NCBI GenBank assembly: GCA_964016885.1
Contig: OZ024751.1
Coordinates: forward strand, 8,990,001-9,054,000
DNA: 64,000 bases
From: Eledone cirrhosa
Lineage: Eukaryota
Direction: 5' to 3'
The notes beneath the pieces were generated by a model that saw only the letters and a program-made list of their open reading frames with translations, made no database searches and had not been told where the DNA came from. Position numbers and translations under genes: made by a program. Positions 25,185 through 38,056 of the stretch are shown in pieces (position 1 is the stretch's first letter; each line of letters begins with the position of its first letter).

Positions 25185-28100
25185 AATAAGAACAAAAGAT
25201 GGTTAAAAGAGTTTCATGTATTTTATTATGCGCATTTCAAAAACAAATATCATCATGCAATAATATTTGTGTTTTCATCAGATAAAATAGGAAGACATAA
25301 TATGAAGGTTAAAAAAACACTTGTGGATAGTGCAGTTTTAAATCAACATATGAAAAGTAGTTTTAGATTGATGTGTGATATTGGGAAAACATTTTTTTAT
25401 GGTGGGGGGGGGGGAGAGGAGGAGATGAGAGTAAAAAGTGGAGAGGGAGGAGTATAATGAGGAAGGATGAGATAGGAGGAGAGATGGGTGATAGAGAGAG
25501 AGAGATAGCTTTTATAACTGAGAAAAATGTATTGTTTTACATAGAGAGGTTGAAAACCGTTGGAAGATAATGTATAAATTAAAAGAATTTGAAAATTAAC
25601 GAAGAGAAAAATAATGTAAAGTTAAGGTTTGTATATTGAAAAGTTTAATAATATGTGCGATGAAAAGAAAATGTTAATATGTATTAAGAATAATATTTAA
25701 GGGTTTAATAATATGTGCGATGGAAAGAAAATGTTGATATGTATTATTAAAAAGAACAACAAGTAATGTAAGTAAGGATATATTGTGAGATGAGCATGAG
25801 TAAGTTAGATAAAAGCGAGAAAAAATAATGAATTGAGGATGAATAATCTAACGTCAAAAAATGTTTATGTTTACGAAGGATTTTTACAAGGTGATATAGA
25901 GTAAGAATGTATTGTATTGTGTAATAATTGTTTCTATGTTAGGCAACAGTGAGAAAAGGTACAGATTAGGGGTTAGACATTAAAAGAAAAAGAGAAGAAA
26001 GGGAAAATGAAGAAAGGGAAGTGATAAATAGGAGTGATATAGAATGAGTAACAAGTATTATATAATGTATAATAAATAACTTTGAAATAAGGTAGAAAGA
26101 TGGGTATATTTTTAAAGAAGTATATATATATATGTGCCATTGAGAAAAATTTTCTAAATTGATAAAGTTTTGGATATTAGCTGTATACTTTGTGGAATGT
26201 TTTGTGGAATGTATGCAAGCAGAGATAAAACAAGTCAGTGCGTCTATTTATTATAGAATCTAAATTAGAGATAATGGTAAATTTTTCATTTAGACAGAGA
26301 TTGCAAATCTTGGATAGAGAACTGTTCAAGTATGGAGACGCAGAAGAAACCTTTTTCCAAAAGATGCTATATTTAATATTTTTGTCTTTCAAGGACCATA
26401 TGAGTTCTGAGAGAGCCGTTTGGTTCTTTTAAGTTTGTATTTAAAAGACGAATGATGGTTATAAAGACGATCTTTAAAGCAGGTGGAATTGGAGCCAAAA
26501 TAGGTGAAGGAATTGGTATCAGTTATAACTTTACATTCGTAGATTAAGTTTTTATCAAGACAATGGTTGTTGAGAAGACATTTATGTTTAGTAGGGCAAT
26601 TGCAATTGCGATTAGAGAGATTATTAACGAGTGACCTAGTGTTATCTATAGAAGGAATTGGATTGGAGAAGTTATTTGCGATAGGAATAATAGTTTCTTG
26701 ATTTAGAATGGGATTAAGAACATTTAGCGAAGTTGTGTTTGACGTTGTATTTGGGTTTGCAGCAATTAGCCTAGAGTTTACAATGGCGTCGGGAGTACTA
26801 TTTATATTATTATGATATTCAGTGTTGGAAGGAAGAGATTTAGTATTTAGTATTTTATTGTTGTGTTTAGAGATAATGTTGGAAATGTTGGAGGATGTCG
26901 AATAGGAAAATTTTATAGTGTGTTTGTTAAATATTTTACTATAGATTTGTGAGGGAGGGAAGCATTTATTTAAGGCACTAAAGAATAATTTGGGAATATT
27001 ATTATTAATAGAGATGGAGAAAGGAGCATTATACCAGATTATGTTTTTGTATCTAGGTCTTTTATTAAAGTTATTGGAATGATCATGATTAATTATTCTA
27101 CTGTAAGATCTTCTAGAATTTGTTTATTTACTATATTTGATTTTATCAGGATAGCCGGCTTTAGAAAGCGCGTTATTATAGTAATTGGCGTTAGCATCAA
27201 AGATGTTTTTATTAGAAGATAGGTTAGATATTCTTTTTCCAATATTACTAACTATAGCATTCTTGATATTAGTAGGATGGTTAGATTTAAAATTAACATA
27301 ATTTAGGTTCTCATCGTTTTTATGGTCAGGGTAATATAGGCCAGTGTCAAGTTTAAGAGATACATCCAAGAAATTAGCTAGTTTGATGCTGTTATCAAAT
27401 TCAATTTTTTGGTTATGTTGGTTAAAGAGATTACGTATATTGTTCTTAATAATATTAAGGTTAACTATGTTGCAATTTAAGATAGTAAAGAGTTCATCGT
27501 CACGATAAATTCCACCGTGAAGTTGAGGAATTTTCCGACTCAAAGAGTTCAAAATAAAGATACCAATTAAATCTGTCAATTGGGATGAATCGGATGCTCC
27601 CATTGTGATGACGAAGTTGTTAGAGGTATCGGCTCTGGTCCAATATTCATTGTTGAACTCTAGGATGGTTTTACGTGCGGTGAGAATGATGTGAAGTTCA
27701 TCTGTGGTGATGCCAGAATATTTAAGTGCGAAAGATAGAGCATTATTGAGAAGTGAAGGCGAAATAGAAGAATAGTAGCTGGCAATATCAAATTGAACAA
27801 ATTTTAGTTTGTTTTTATTATTCAATTTGTTGAACCAGCCAATCACTTCAGAAGTACCAAACCATAAATTTAAGTTCAAAGAAGGGCAATTAGAACGAAG
27901 CTGTGGGATAATTCTATCCAAGATGGCTTTACTAACAACCCCCAGATCTGATTTAGAGTGGGCGATTAATCTAACAGGTAGTTCAGTGCGAAAATTGTTT
28001 TTGTGATCCTTGAGATTTATCCTCTGAGTTCTTGGGAGGAATGGTTCGGACTTTTTTTCGATGCCAAGTTTTGACATAATCTCAGAGGCTTCAAAGTGTA

Positions 28101-28260
28101 TGTATTCTAAATTATCATGGTTGGTTTTACGATATTTTTTCCTAAGTTCCTTTAGGATAAGGTTGTTATAATTATCCTTGGAAATACCATATAAGTTATT
28201 GGTTTTGTCAGAGTGGACTAAAACATTTTTTGAGGAATTTAGGTTTGAAATTGTGTTCTT
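25185..28260 (-). mobile_element. Penelope-like element, 5'-truncated and frameshifted (RT + GIY-YIG + 3' pLTR with HHR)
   Basis: RT QFDIASYYSSI, MGASDSSQLTDLIG, YRDD, FLDV; CNC..C..C linker then LIY..YFG near 26430-26610; CNLCLNE C-terminus. Confidence 0.88.
25219..25289 (-). ncRNA. Hammerhead ribozyme in PLE 3' pLTR
   Basis: Minus: TATTTTAT-CTGATGA-AAACACAAATATT..GATATTTGTTTTT-GAAA-TGCGCA-TA-ATAAAATA. Confidence 0.88.
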
Positions 28261-28299
28261 GAGATTTACAAGGTGCTCTTGTCCTTTGTAAGGGTATCT

Positions 28300-29345
28300 C
28301 TTGAATTTAAGATACCAGAGTGTCATGTTTGTAGACGCTAACCCTGGAGGGAAATTAGCTAACCAGTGTAGAAAGGCCCTGAGAAAGACCCACTTAAAGA
28401 TTAAGGTGGTAGAAAAGCCAGGAACCACAATAAAATCCCTGATCAGCAAAACCTCCCCTTTTAAGAAAACCCACTGAAATGTATTATATCTAAAGTAAAC
28501 ACCGGATAAACTGTAAAACTAGAAACGTAGTCTAAAGCATAAGATGTACAGAGGGTAATTGCAGAAACATGACAAAAATATACATAGGCGAGACAGTTCG
28601 TAGCATAGGTGAAAGGATAGACCAACACTGGGGGGAACTAAAAGGACGAAAAACGGTTCAGTACTATACGAACATCCCAGACAACAACGCGACGGTAACA
28701 TAGACCACATAGAAATTAGAATAATATCTAAACATAGAAATGACCCAGCAGATAGGCAAATCAGAGAGGCCACCGAAATAGAACTTAGAAGGACAAGGCT
28801 AAACAGAAAAAATGAATGGAATAACAACACCCAAACAAATAATACTGACCTAAGAGAAGTATAAATAAATAAAGAAATACATACACAAGCACAATAACAA
28901 CAAACACATATAAACACACACTAGTAAACTAAGATAGAATACAATAACCAATACAATCGTGAGCCAAACTCGAACACACATCAAACACTATACACACACG
29001 CAAACGCATGCGCAGAGAAAACAAAAATAAATAAATGAATAAATAAATAAACAGACTAAATAAAGATGGCGTAGACATACAATACAACAGGAGGAAACAT
29101 AATAGAACCACTGACGATGTTGCAGATGTGCAACGAAAGAACTTTGTTAGACTATATATATATGTGTTTGTGTCTATACTATATCTGATATTTTACCCTT
29201 GGTCAGTCAATGCTAACATTGAGTACCGAATAAATCAAATTAACCGATATAAAAGACGCAGAAGCGAAGACCAACCAAACAGTGAGTATGTTCTGTTATT
29301 AATTCTGCCAATATTATTACACAAATATGATCCTGCCCAAGTATA
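28300..29345 (+). mobile_element. Second PLE remnant, back-to-back with the first; HHR-like motif at 29101-29155
   Basis: Translates SVMFVDANPGGKLANQCRKAL..IKVVEKPGTTIKSLI (PLE RT-EN linker-like); CTGACGA-TGTTGCA gatg TGCAAC-GAAA; TTGAGTAC at 29219. Confidence 0.6.
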
Positions 29346-29348
29346 ACA

Positions 29349-29386
<38 letters not shown>

Positions 29387-29400
29387 CTGGCAGGAAGTAT

Positions 29401-29443
29401 ACGTTGCTGACGATAGCTAATAAGCTTGAAACTAGTACAGCGT
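29401..29443 (+). ncRNA. Minimal hammerhead ribozyme (43 nt)
   Basis: ACGTTG-CTGACGA-tAGCT aata AGCTt-GAAA-CTAG-TA-CAGCGT. Confidence 0.85.
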
Positions 29444-29646
29444 TCCTTTGTCAGTGTTGAACAAACGAGCAACGATGGTTGCTAGACACTACGGCTTAAT
29501 ACGGGATGTTTGATTACAAACACACCGAGCATTATAATAAATGTTCGGTGAATCCATACGTGCATATATATATGTGTGCATGTGTGTATATATATATACA
29601 TACAGCTGTACGTCTGTATACATATATGTATGAGCGTGTGCATTCT

Positions 29647-29680
<34 letters not shown>

Positions 29681-29682
<2 letters not shown>

Positions 29683-29864
29683 GAAGAGCTTTTATAGGAC
29701 TAGATCTGTTTCATTCGTGAGAAATCATCAGCAAGCTTCCTGATGAATTCTCACGAAGGAAACAGTTCCAGTCCTGTAGAAGCTGTTCTATATTAAAACT
29801 TTTATACTCTGCTATGTATTGAGTACATTGCTTACTTTGGTTACCTCCGACTCGAAATAACTTA
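29681..29864 (+). mobile_element. Mini fold-back element of two back-to-back HHRs
   Basis: Same family at about 18045-18160, 53299-53350, 54012-54200 and 62795-62985. Confidence 0.8.
29734..29784 (+). ncRNA. Hammerhead ribozyme (mirror on - strand 29687-29738)
   Basis: AGCTTC-CTGATGA-ATTC tcac GAAG-GAAA-CAG ttccagtc CTG-TA-GAAGCT. Confidence 0.85.
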
Positions 29865-30241
29865 TAAATATATATATATAGACACATGCTATATATACAT
29901 ATACACACACAAATAGCGAAGTCAATGTACAGAAGGGTTTTAATAATGCAGACAACCAGACATACAGAGACATATAAGGAACGACGTTATAGTTATGTAT
30001 CTATCTAAAAAACAGACTAAGAAAGAGAGAAGAATCGCTAACCGGAAGTGGTTTGACATTTGAACATTTTAAAGAAGTGAATATTTAAATAACCAATAAA
30101 ATATGTTTTTACAAAATTTAATTGAGAAATATACACTCATTTTCTTACTTGAAAAAAGTTACATCTATTGTGCAAATTTCGTGACGTTTGATCCCGCCGT
30201 TTGGTGAAAAGTTTGTTACATACATACGGCCGTCAGATTTG

Positions 30242-30318
<77 letters not shown>

Positions 30319-30541
30319 GCGTTAAGGGTGAAAGCATCGATTTATTGCTTAAACCTTAATCTGTTATTTGAATAAATATTTGCACTACGGTTCTTATATA
30401 TTTGATATATATTTATCCTTATAGCCCTCTTTGGATTTTAGTCTTCAAATTTATTATTATTACTATATATATTTATATATATACATATTTATATATATAT
30501 ATATATACACATATATACACACACACACACATATATATATA

Positions 30542-31384
30542 TTACCAACCATCCAGGGGTCCAGGTAAATTTTTCAATATATTTTTTTATTTGTTTGACC
30601 CGAATTATTTGGTATTTCTATGGCTGTGCGGATAATGGTTTAACCATCGTCGCAGTGTGTTTGGCCTTTTAACGTATGTTGTAGCTCTGGTTCGTTAGAA
30701 TTATTGAGCGCTTGCCACACATCTCGGAAGTTGTTTTTTGCTAATTTCCAAAGCCGAAATACGATTCTGGCTAATTTATATTTGTATTAATCTCCAGAGT
30801 CTAGCTATTGAATTGTTAATTTTCGTGATTTTTTTAGTTGATTCTATTGACTGATGAATAGCTTTTGTTAACTTTAAAACCATTCTGGTGAGAACTTAAT
30901 TCGTTTTGTGATAATTTGCAATAATATACACATACTGAATTCATCCGCCAAAAACAAGGGTTGCCTCCATTGCCAAGCCCCAAGTGGGTATTGGTAACGG
31001 TCAATCCTTGGCCTGGCACTTGAACTAAAAGCCTGTTGAGAAAGTGACATCCTTGTACAATCATCTTACCAGAAGCCTAACATAATTTGTCTAAGCGGAC
31101 AGTACTTGATTTAGGAGTCGCAGAAACACAAATGCTGGATTTTTACCAACCATCCAGGGGTCCGGGTAAATTTTTCAATATATTTTTTTATTTGTTTGAC
31201 CCGAAATACTTGGTCGTTTCTATGGCTGTCCAGATAATGGTTTAACCATCGTCTCAATGTGTTTGGCCTTTTAACATATGTTGTAGCTCTAGTTCGTTAG
31301 AATTATTGAGCGCTTCCCACACATCTCGGAAATTGATTTTCGCTAATTTCCAAAGCCAAAATACGATTCTCGCTAATTTATATT

Positions 31385-31388
<4 letters not shown>
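30542..31388 (+). repeat. Element with about 245-bp direct repeats (period about 600 bp); related to 19315-19520 and 47350-48150 (opposite strand)
   Basis: 30542-30787 matches 31143-31388; shared TTGAGCGCT and GTAGCTCT(G/A)GTT. Confidence 0.7.
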
Positions 31389-31418
<30 letters not shown>

Positions 31419-31419
<1 letters not shown>

Positions 31420-31604
31420 CGAAGGAAATGTGGTAAGGAACCAGGTGGACCATAACGCACCAACGTACTCAATACTTAGGGTAGTAGAGTGGGTAATAGG
31501 AACCAGTAAGACCCCGACGGCTGAGCTCAAGCCGTTTCGACGGCTAATTCAGCCGAATTAGCCGTCGAATCGGCTTGAACTCAGCCGTCGGGGTCTTACT
31601 CGTT

Positions 31605-31609
<5 letters not shown>
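31419..31609 (-). mobile_element. pLTR-tail element ending in a nested GC-rich palindrome (half hammerhead folded back)
   Basis: Arms 31496-31550/31555-31609; minus strand GAAA-CGGCT..AGCCG-TC-GGGGTC. Confidence 0.65.
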
Positions 31610-31650
<41 letters not shown>

Positions 31651-31959
31651 TATATACACACACACACACACATATATATACACATAGGCATATATATATA
31701 AATACACACAATTCTTCGAATCTTTATCCCTGTCGAAGGGACGTTTTTTGTCGGCATTTTTTTATCTCTCTCTATGTTTTTACACGGTCTATTTACTTAG
31801 ACTCCAAGCCTTCAATTTTATTCGTAATTCTGTCAGACCCTCAAAAACAATCGCCTTGTATTTAAACTTTGATTACTGTTATACGTTCATTTAATAACAT
31901 TCTCGTATTTAAACACTGATTACTCTTATATGTTCGTTTATAGGTTTAAAAAAAAAAGA

Positions 31960-34900
31960 ACCTTCTAGTTAACTCCCCCACATGCTCCCCGCTCACACTC
32001 GCCACCAATATTAGATGGTCCAATCATAATTCAGCGGCTTATACGTCTCTCTTACCAATCGCTTACACTCTTACACAAAACCACCGCCTCAGCTATTCAC
32101 TCCTTAACTTTAAACCTAGTTGCCTTTGATATGCTAGATGGACCGTGGGATTCCGGAGAGAACGAAGAATCTGGACACTCAAATGACAATGATTAATTCA
32201 CCTCATGTGGCCGGACGAAAATGCAAGGATTCCTCTTTATTTCGAACGCGGATGGCAAACTTAACCCCATCTCCCTCACCCCTCCCTACACCTCCATCCC
32301 ATCCCTTCCATCCATCAAACGAAATCCAAAGCTTCACAGTTGGTACCATGAATGTAGGCACTTTAAAAGGTCGCTCTAATGAGGTTATAGAGATGCTGAA
32401 CGTAAGGAAGTTGATGCATGTTGCGTCCAAGAGACTAGGTGGAGGGGTGGATCTGCTAGATTCATTGCGGGTAAAAAACGATGCTATAAACCTTTCTGGG
32501 TGGGAAATGAAAGTGGGCTGGGTGGAGTAGGAATTATGTTAGCAGAAAAATGGGTAGATAAGGTAATCGACGTAAATAGAGTGAAAGACTTGTCCTAAAT
32601 AGAACTAGTGTGACAATAATATCCGCTTACGCACCCCAATCTGGACTGCCTGGCGTTATAAAATACATATTCTATGAGTCGCTAATGTTCACTACCTCCC
32701 AACTAACCGACAGTGATTACATAATTATTTCTGGCGACATAAATGGTCATTTGTACAACATTGTGACGGCTATGACGGAATCCATGGAGACTACGGTTTT
32801 GGTACCAGAAATGAAGAAGTCTTCAGCATTCTGGTATTCTGCGACGCAAATAACCTAACTATCTGCAACACAAACTTCAAAAAACGAGACAATGACTTGA
32901 TCACCTATAGATGAGGGGAACACGCCAGTCAGATAGATTATATCCTTACCAGAAGACGTGACAAAGTGTCGGTTGTAAACACTAAATCCCTCACCCGCGA
33001 AGAATGCACCCCTTAACATAGCCTCGTTGTTAGCGACCTCATAATCAGGACGAGACGTACTCGACAACAGAGGAGGACTCCCTGAGAAGAAGAATTTGGA
33101 ATTTAAAGGACCCCACAGCCAGTAACAAATTTAAAAGTATACTACTCGATGCTTTTGACAGTAAGGAAGAGCAATTAGAGACGTACAGTATAGAGGAACA
33201 GTGGGATTCCTGAAAGTGAACCTGCTGAAGGCGACAGATGAAATCTGTGGCTGAAGCAGACCTATAGGCAGGAGGAGAGTAACATAGTGGTGGAACAGTA
33301 AGGTGGAGGAGTCAATCAAGAACAAGAAGCAAGGTTGGAAAGTTTGGCGGAATGGGGGAAGTAGAGAACACTATCAAACGGTGTGGAGGGAAGCTAAGGG
33401 ACAAGTGTATCTTGCAAGAAGGGAAGCAGAGGAAAGAAAGCTCAAGCATGTTCTACAACGCGAGGACCAAAAACGTGAGGTGTTCAGGATTGCTAGACAA
33501 TGTGTCAAGGAGAATCGTGATATTGTCTGGGAGAAGTGTGTACGTAATGATGATGGTATACTTGCCGTCACTGATACTGATAAGAAGGTAGCTTGGAAGT
33601 GTCACTACGAGAGGCTACTAAATGAGGAGAATAAGTGGGAAAAAGATAGACTGCCTCAAATCGATCCAATAGAGGGACCAGCATGCAAATTGAAGGTAGT
33701 AAGGCAATCAAAGAGATGAAGACAGGAAAGCAGCTGGGCCTTTGGTGTAGTTGCTGAAATGCTGAAAGCATCTGGATCGGTGGGACACACTATGGTCTCC
33801 CGGATAGTAAACCAAGTCATGGAGAATGGGGTTATACCAAATGACTGGCGTAGCAGCATCATCATTAACTGCTACAAGGGTTAAGGAGATGCCATAGACA
33901 GGGGAAACTATAGAGGAGTTAAATTAATTGACCAGGTCATGAAGGTCACAGAAAAGGTTATAGCTCAACTAATCAGAGAGCGAATTGATCTAGATGAAAT
34001 GCAGTTTGGGGTTTGTGTCAGGTAAATGTACCATATACGCTATTTTATTTGTACAACTACAGAAGAAGTACCTAGCTAAAAGTAAATCCCTATACTTAGC
34101 TTTTGTTGACTTGGAGAAAGCCTTTGACAGGGTCCTCCACTCCATTATCTGGTTGGCTCTTAGAAAACTAGGTATTGATGAATTGCTCGTGAGAGCTATA
34201 CAAGCCATGTAAAAAGAAACAGCAAGGTTAGAATTAACAACGAATATAGTGAAGAATTTAGCGTAAAAGTCGTTGTTCATCAGGGCTCTGTCCTTAGTCC
34301 CCTCCTATTTATTATTGCCCTTCAGGCTATAACAGAGGAGATCAAGACTGGCTGCCCATGGGAACTTCTATACGCAGATGATCTAACGCTCATAGCTGAA
34401 TCAATGGCTGAACTAGAGAAGAAATTCCAAATTTGGAAGCATGGCCTAGAATCAAAAGACCTTAAAATTAACTTGTCTAAAACTAAAATTCTACTATGTA
34501 GGAAGGAAAATAAGGCACCAGTCTCCTCTGGGAAATGGCCATGCTCAGTGTGTAGGAAAGGAGTAGGCAGAAACTCCATTTTATGTCCCAGATGTAGTGG
34601 GATCACAGGTAAACAAGCCAAGAACATAGATTTTATATGTGGTCGGTGCTCAGGTGCAATAAGTAGTAGCAAGTCCCCACAGGATACTAGCTACTTCCAT
34701 TGCCCAGATGGTTCTATAGAAATAGTATAACCTTCCGTTACCTGGGTGACAAAATCAGCAGTGGTGGTGAGTGCTCTGAAAGTACAGTAGCGAGAGTCAG
34801 AACGGGATGGAAAAAGTTCAGAGAGCTTATACCACTATTGGCCGCTAAAGGTTTCTCCCTAAAAATGAAAGGCAGACTGTATGATGCCTGCATACGAACA

Positions 34901-35680
34901 GCAATGTTAGATGGCAGTGAGACATGTGTATTGTGTGCAGAGGATCTGCGCCGACTGGAGAGGAACGAAGCTTGCATGCTCCGGTGGATGTGTAATATAC
35001 GTGAACAGCAAAGCATAAATTTACTAAGTGAGAAATTGGGAATAAGAGGGATCAGATGATGTTTACTCGAGAGAAGACTAAGTATAGTCACGTAATGCGC
35101 ATGAAAGACGACAGCTGTATAAAAAAAGTGCAGGGCGATTAAAATAGACGGAAACTACGGGGTAGGTAGACCCAGAAAAACCTGGGACGATTTGATAAAT
35201 TCCGACCTTACACATTTACACCTCTCCAAGACAATGTCACAGGACCGAGATCTTTGGCGTTACGCAGTAATACAGAAGACCCGCCTTGCCTAAGTTCAAA
35301 GCGAAACCTACAGTCAGTAGACACCCCCTAACCAAAAATACACCACCGCCCCACTACCCTTACCCCATCTCTATCTACACCTAAAGTTATGTTGGTGCTA
35401 CAACATTCAGTCCTAAATAAATGAGGTTGTGTAGGTGTTACGGCAAAAAAAACACGCAGTCCACGCTGTAATGTGGCCGTGTAGGTAACACGATAAAAAC
35501 CTCCCAGTCTACACTGTAAACGTGTTTGGTGTTAGGAAGGGCATCCAGCCGTAGGAAACCCGCCAGACAGTCCTATACGAGCAAGAAAACCAATCTTGCC
35601 TCAAGTGGGACAATTCCCGTCTAAACCCATGCTAGAGTGGAAGATGGACGTTAAACGACAATGATGATGATGACGATGAT
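31960..35680 (+). mobile_element. Near full-length decayed RTE LINE with Cys-rich (PHD-like) insertion
   Basis: VGTMNVGTL, ISAYAPQ, AFVDLEKAFDRV, HQGSVLSPLLF, LYADD, WPCSVC..CPRC..ICGRC, FRYLGD; many stops and frameshifts; (GAT)n tail. Confidence 0.88.
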
Positions 35681-35724
35681 ACATATATACACATATATAT
35701 ATACATATATACATATATATATAT

Positions 35725-35828
<104 letters not shown>

Positions 35829-36231
35829 TCCCTTAGGTGTAACATGAGCTCCACACCGGGTTTTGGGTTAGAACGAAATCCTGTTGAGAAAGTAAATTCC
35901 ACTGTTCGATCTTCCAGAAACCTCACTTGGATATTCAGTAAGTTCCAAGTGACGATCCAGGTATGTTATATATACAGATATGTACATATATATATGTATG
36001 TATATTGTTATATGTATATATATATGTGTGTGTGTGTATTTCCTTTTCTCAAAAGTCAGTTCTTTCGTTGCTACAGATCACGCAGCTGAATTAGCGGTCG
36101 CTATTTTCTATTTGCAAAGCCCTTTAAACTGTATGTTATTACTCTGATGTCTATACCTTGTCGAGTGCTTGGCTGCACTGCTGAAGGCATTCGTTGGCTT
36201 CGCTGCTGATCGAACTTCGAATATGCTGTAC

Positions 36232-36288
<57 letters not shown>

Positions 36289-36289
36289 C

Positions 36290-37175
36290 ATGGTATTTTC
36301 TTCGGGGTTATAATAGGCTTAGCTCTGTTTCTCGACCGTTATATCGCGTGACTATCTCCCCCTCCGCCTTTTGGGATTCTTTCTCACGTCGTGTAGACGC
36401 GTTCTTGAGGCTAGTAAAATGAGGTATCCTCTTGATAAGTCGGCAGACTTCGCAAAGACTCTATATCTTTATGATGTACTGTTTTTGTTTATGCCGCGAA
36501 ACTATGTAGTCGAGGAATCTAGGAGCAGTTTAGGTATGATACATTTTATTACTAATTATATCTAAATGTTTCTTCTCTCTTCATAATGTATTTTTAACTC
36601 TGATACTGGTTCAGTCTGGTTCAACCGGATTGGTCTGTCCCAGTCATTCATTGAGCAACATCGGTGAGGTTGGCACCATTAACTCACGGTTGGGTGTGGA
36701 TGCATTCATGTATATGTGAGTGTCCGCATGTATCTGTGTGTTTCTAAATATATTGTTAATAACTCCCTCTGGTCGAGTAATCTTTGAAGTGTGGTGACTG
36801 CTGGAAAGCTGCCATTACTCATACATCTCGTCTCCTTCACCACCTCTTCTACGGCTTCGATATAAATACCCTCTCCGCCTCCGTGGTATTTTCTTCGGGG
36901 TTATAAGAGGCTTAGCTCTGTTTCTCGACCGTTATATCGCGTGACTATCTCCCCCTCCGCCTTCTGGGATTCTTTCTCACGTCGTGTAGACGCGTTCTTG
37001 AGGCTAGTAAAATGAGGTATCCTCTTGATAAGTCGGCAGACCTCGCAAACACTCTATATCTTTATGATATATTGTTTTTGTTTATGCCACGAAACTACGT
37101 AGTCGAGGAATCTAGGAGCAGTTTAGGTATGATACATGTTATTACTAATTATATCTAAATGTTTCTTCTCTCTTC

Positions 37176-37180
<5 letters not shown>
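36290..37180. repeat. Element with about 295-bp direct repeats (36290-36588/36884-37180)
   Basis: Direct comparison; flanked by (TA)n. Confidence 0.8.
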
Positions 37181-37246
<66 letters not shown>

Positions 37247-37251
37247 ATATG

Positions 37252-37306
<55 letters not shown>

Positions 37307-37368
37307 ATATGTATATATATATATATATGCATATATGTATATATATGTGTGTGTATATATATATGTAT

Positions 37369-37938
37369 CCCAGTACAACCTGTCTCATGGTCGGGTCTTT
37401 GGCGACTAAACTGGCAACCCCACCAAGGTTTCTTGGTGAGGAGGGTGACGTTGGACATCCTGCAGGACTAAAAACAAAACCTGTCAAAGGGCAAAAGAGC
37501 TCTTAAGAGTCAATGGCCATCCAAAATCACAGGGAGAGATGACCCCTTAGCCTTTGTCAAGGCAGAATTCTAGGAGAAGGAAAACTCTGATATAACACCT
37601 GCAACCCTGAAGGTATCCAATGATGTTGACTTGTTCTTCTTTTTGGTAAATATCATCTGGGTTAAGAGAGTGGGACTGGCTTTGTGCAGTGCCTTTGCTC
37701 ACTATAAAAGCTTCACGGCACAGGTATTGCTTTATATCTGGAGATCTCTCTACACTTGTCGTCACATGGTACCATGGGCCCAGCACTATGTGTCAATAAT
37801 TGTCACAAGTGTAGTGTTTGTACCAAAGTTTTCAAGTCGCTGGCCGGACTGAAAAGTCACACTCGTTCAGCGCATCGGTAGGGGTTCTCCTACATGGATA
37901 TAAAGTAGTGGCCGTACTCGAAAACGAGTTGGCAGCCA

Positions 37939-37940
<2 letters not shown>
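37369..37940 (+). mobile_element. Internally deleted RTE-like element (5' UTR-like part plus C2H2-finger 3' end)
   Basis: 37815-37875 translates CSVCTKVFKSLAGLKSHTRSAH; flanked by (TA)n. Confidence 0.5.
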
Positions 37941-38016
<76 letters not shown>

Positions 38017-38056
38017 ATATAATAAATAACAAAGAACGCCTATAGCATATGCATAT

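Noticed and set aside
32190-32260. Possible HDV-like ribozyme in the RTE 5' UTR (also considered at 37369-37460)
   Set aside because: Could not build the nested double pseudoknot or a proper L3 by eye
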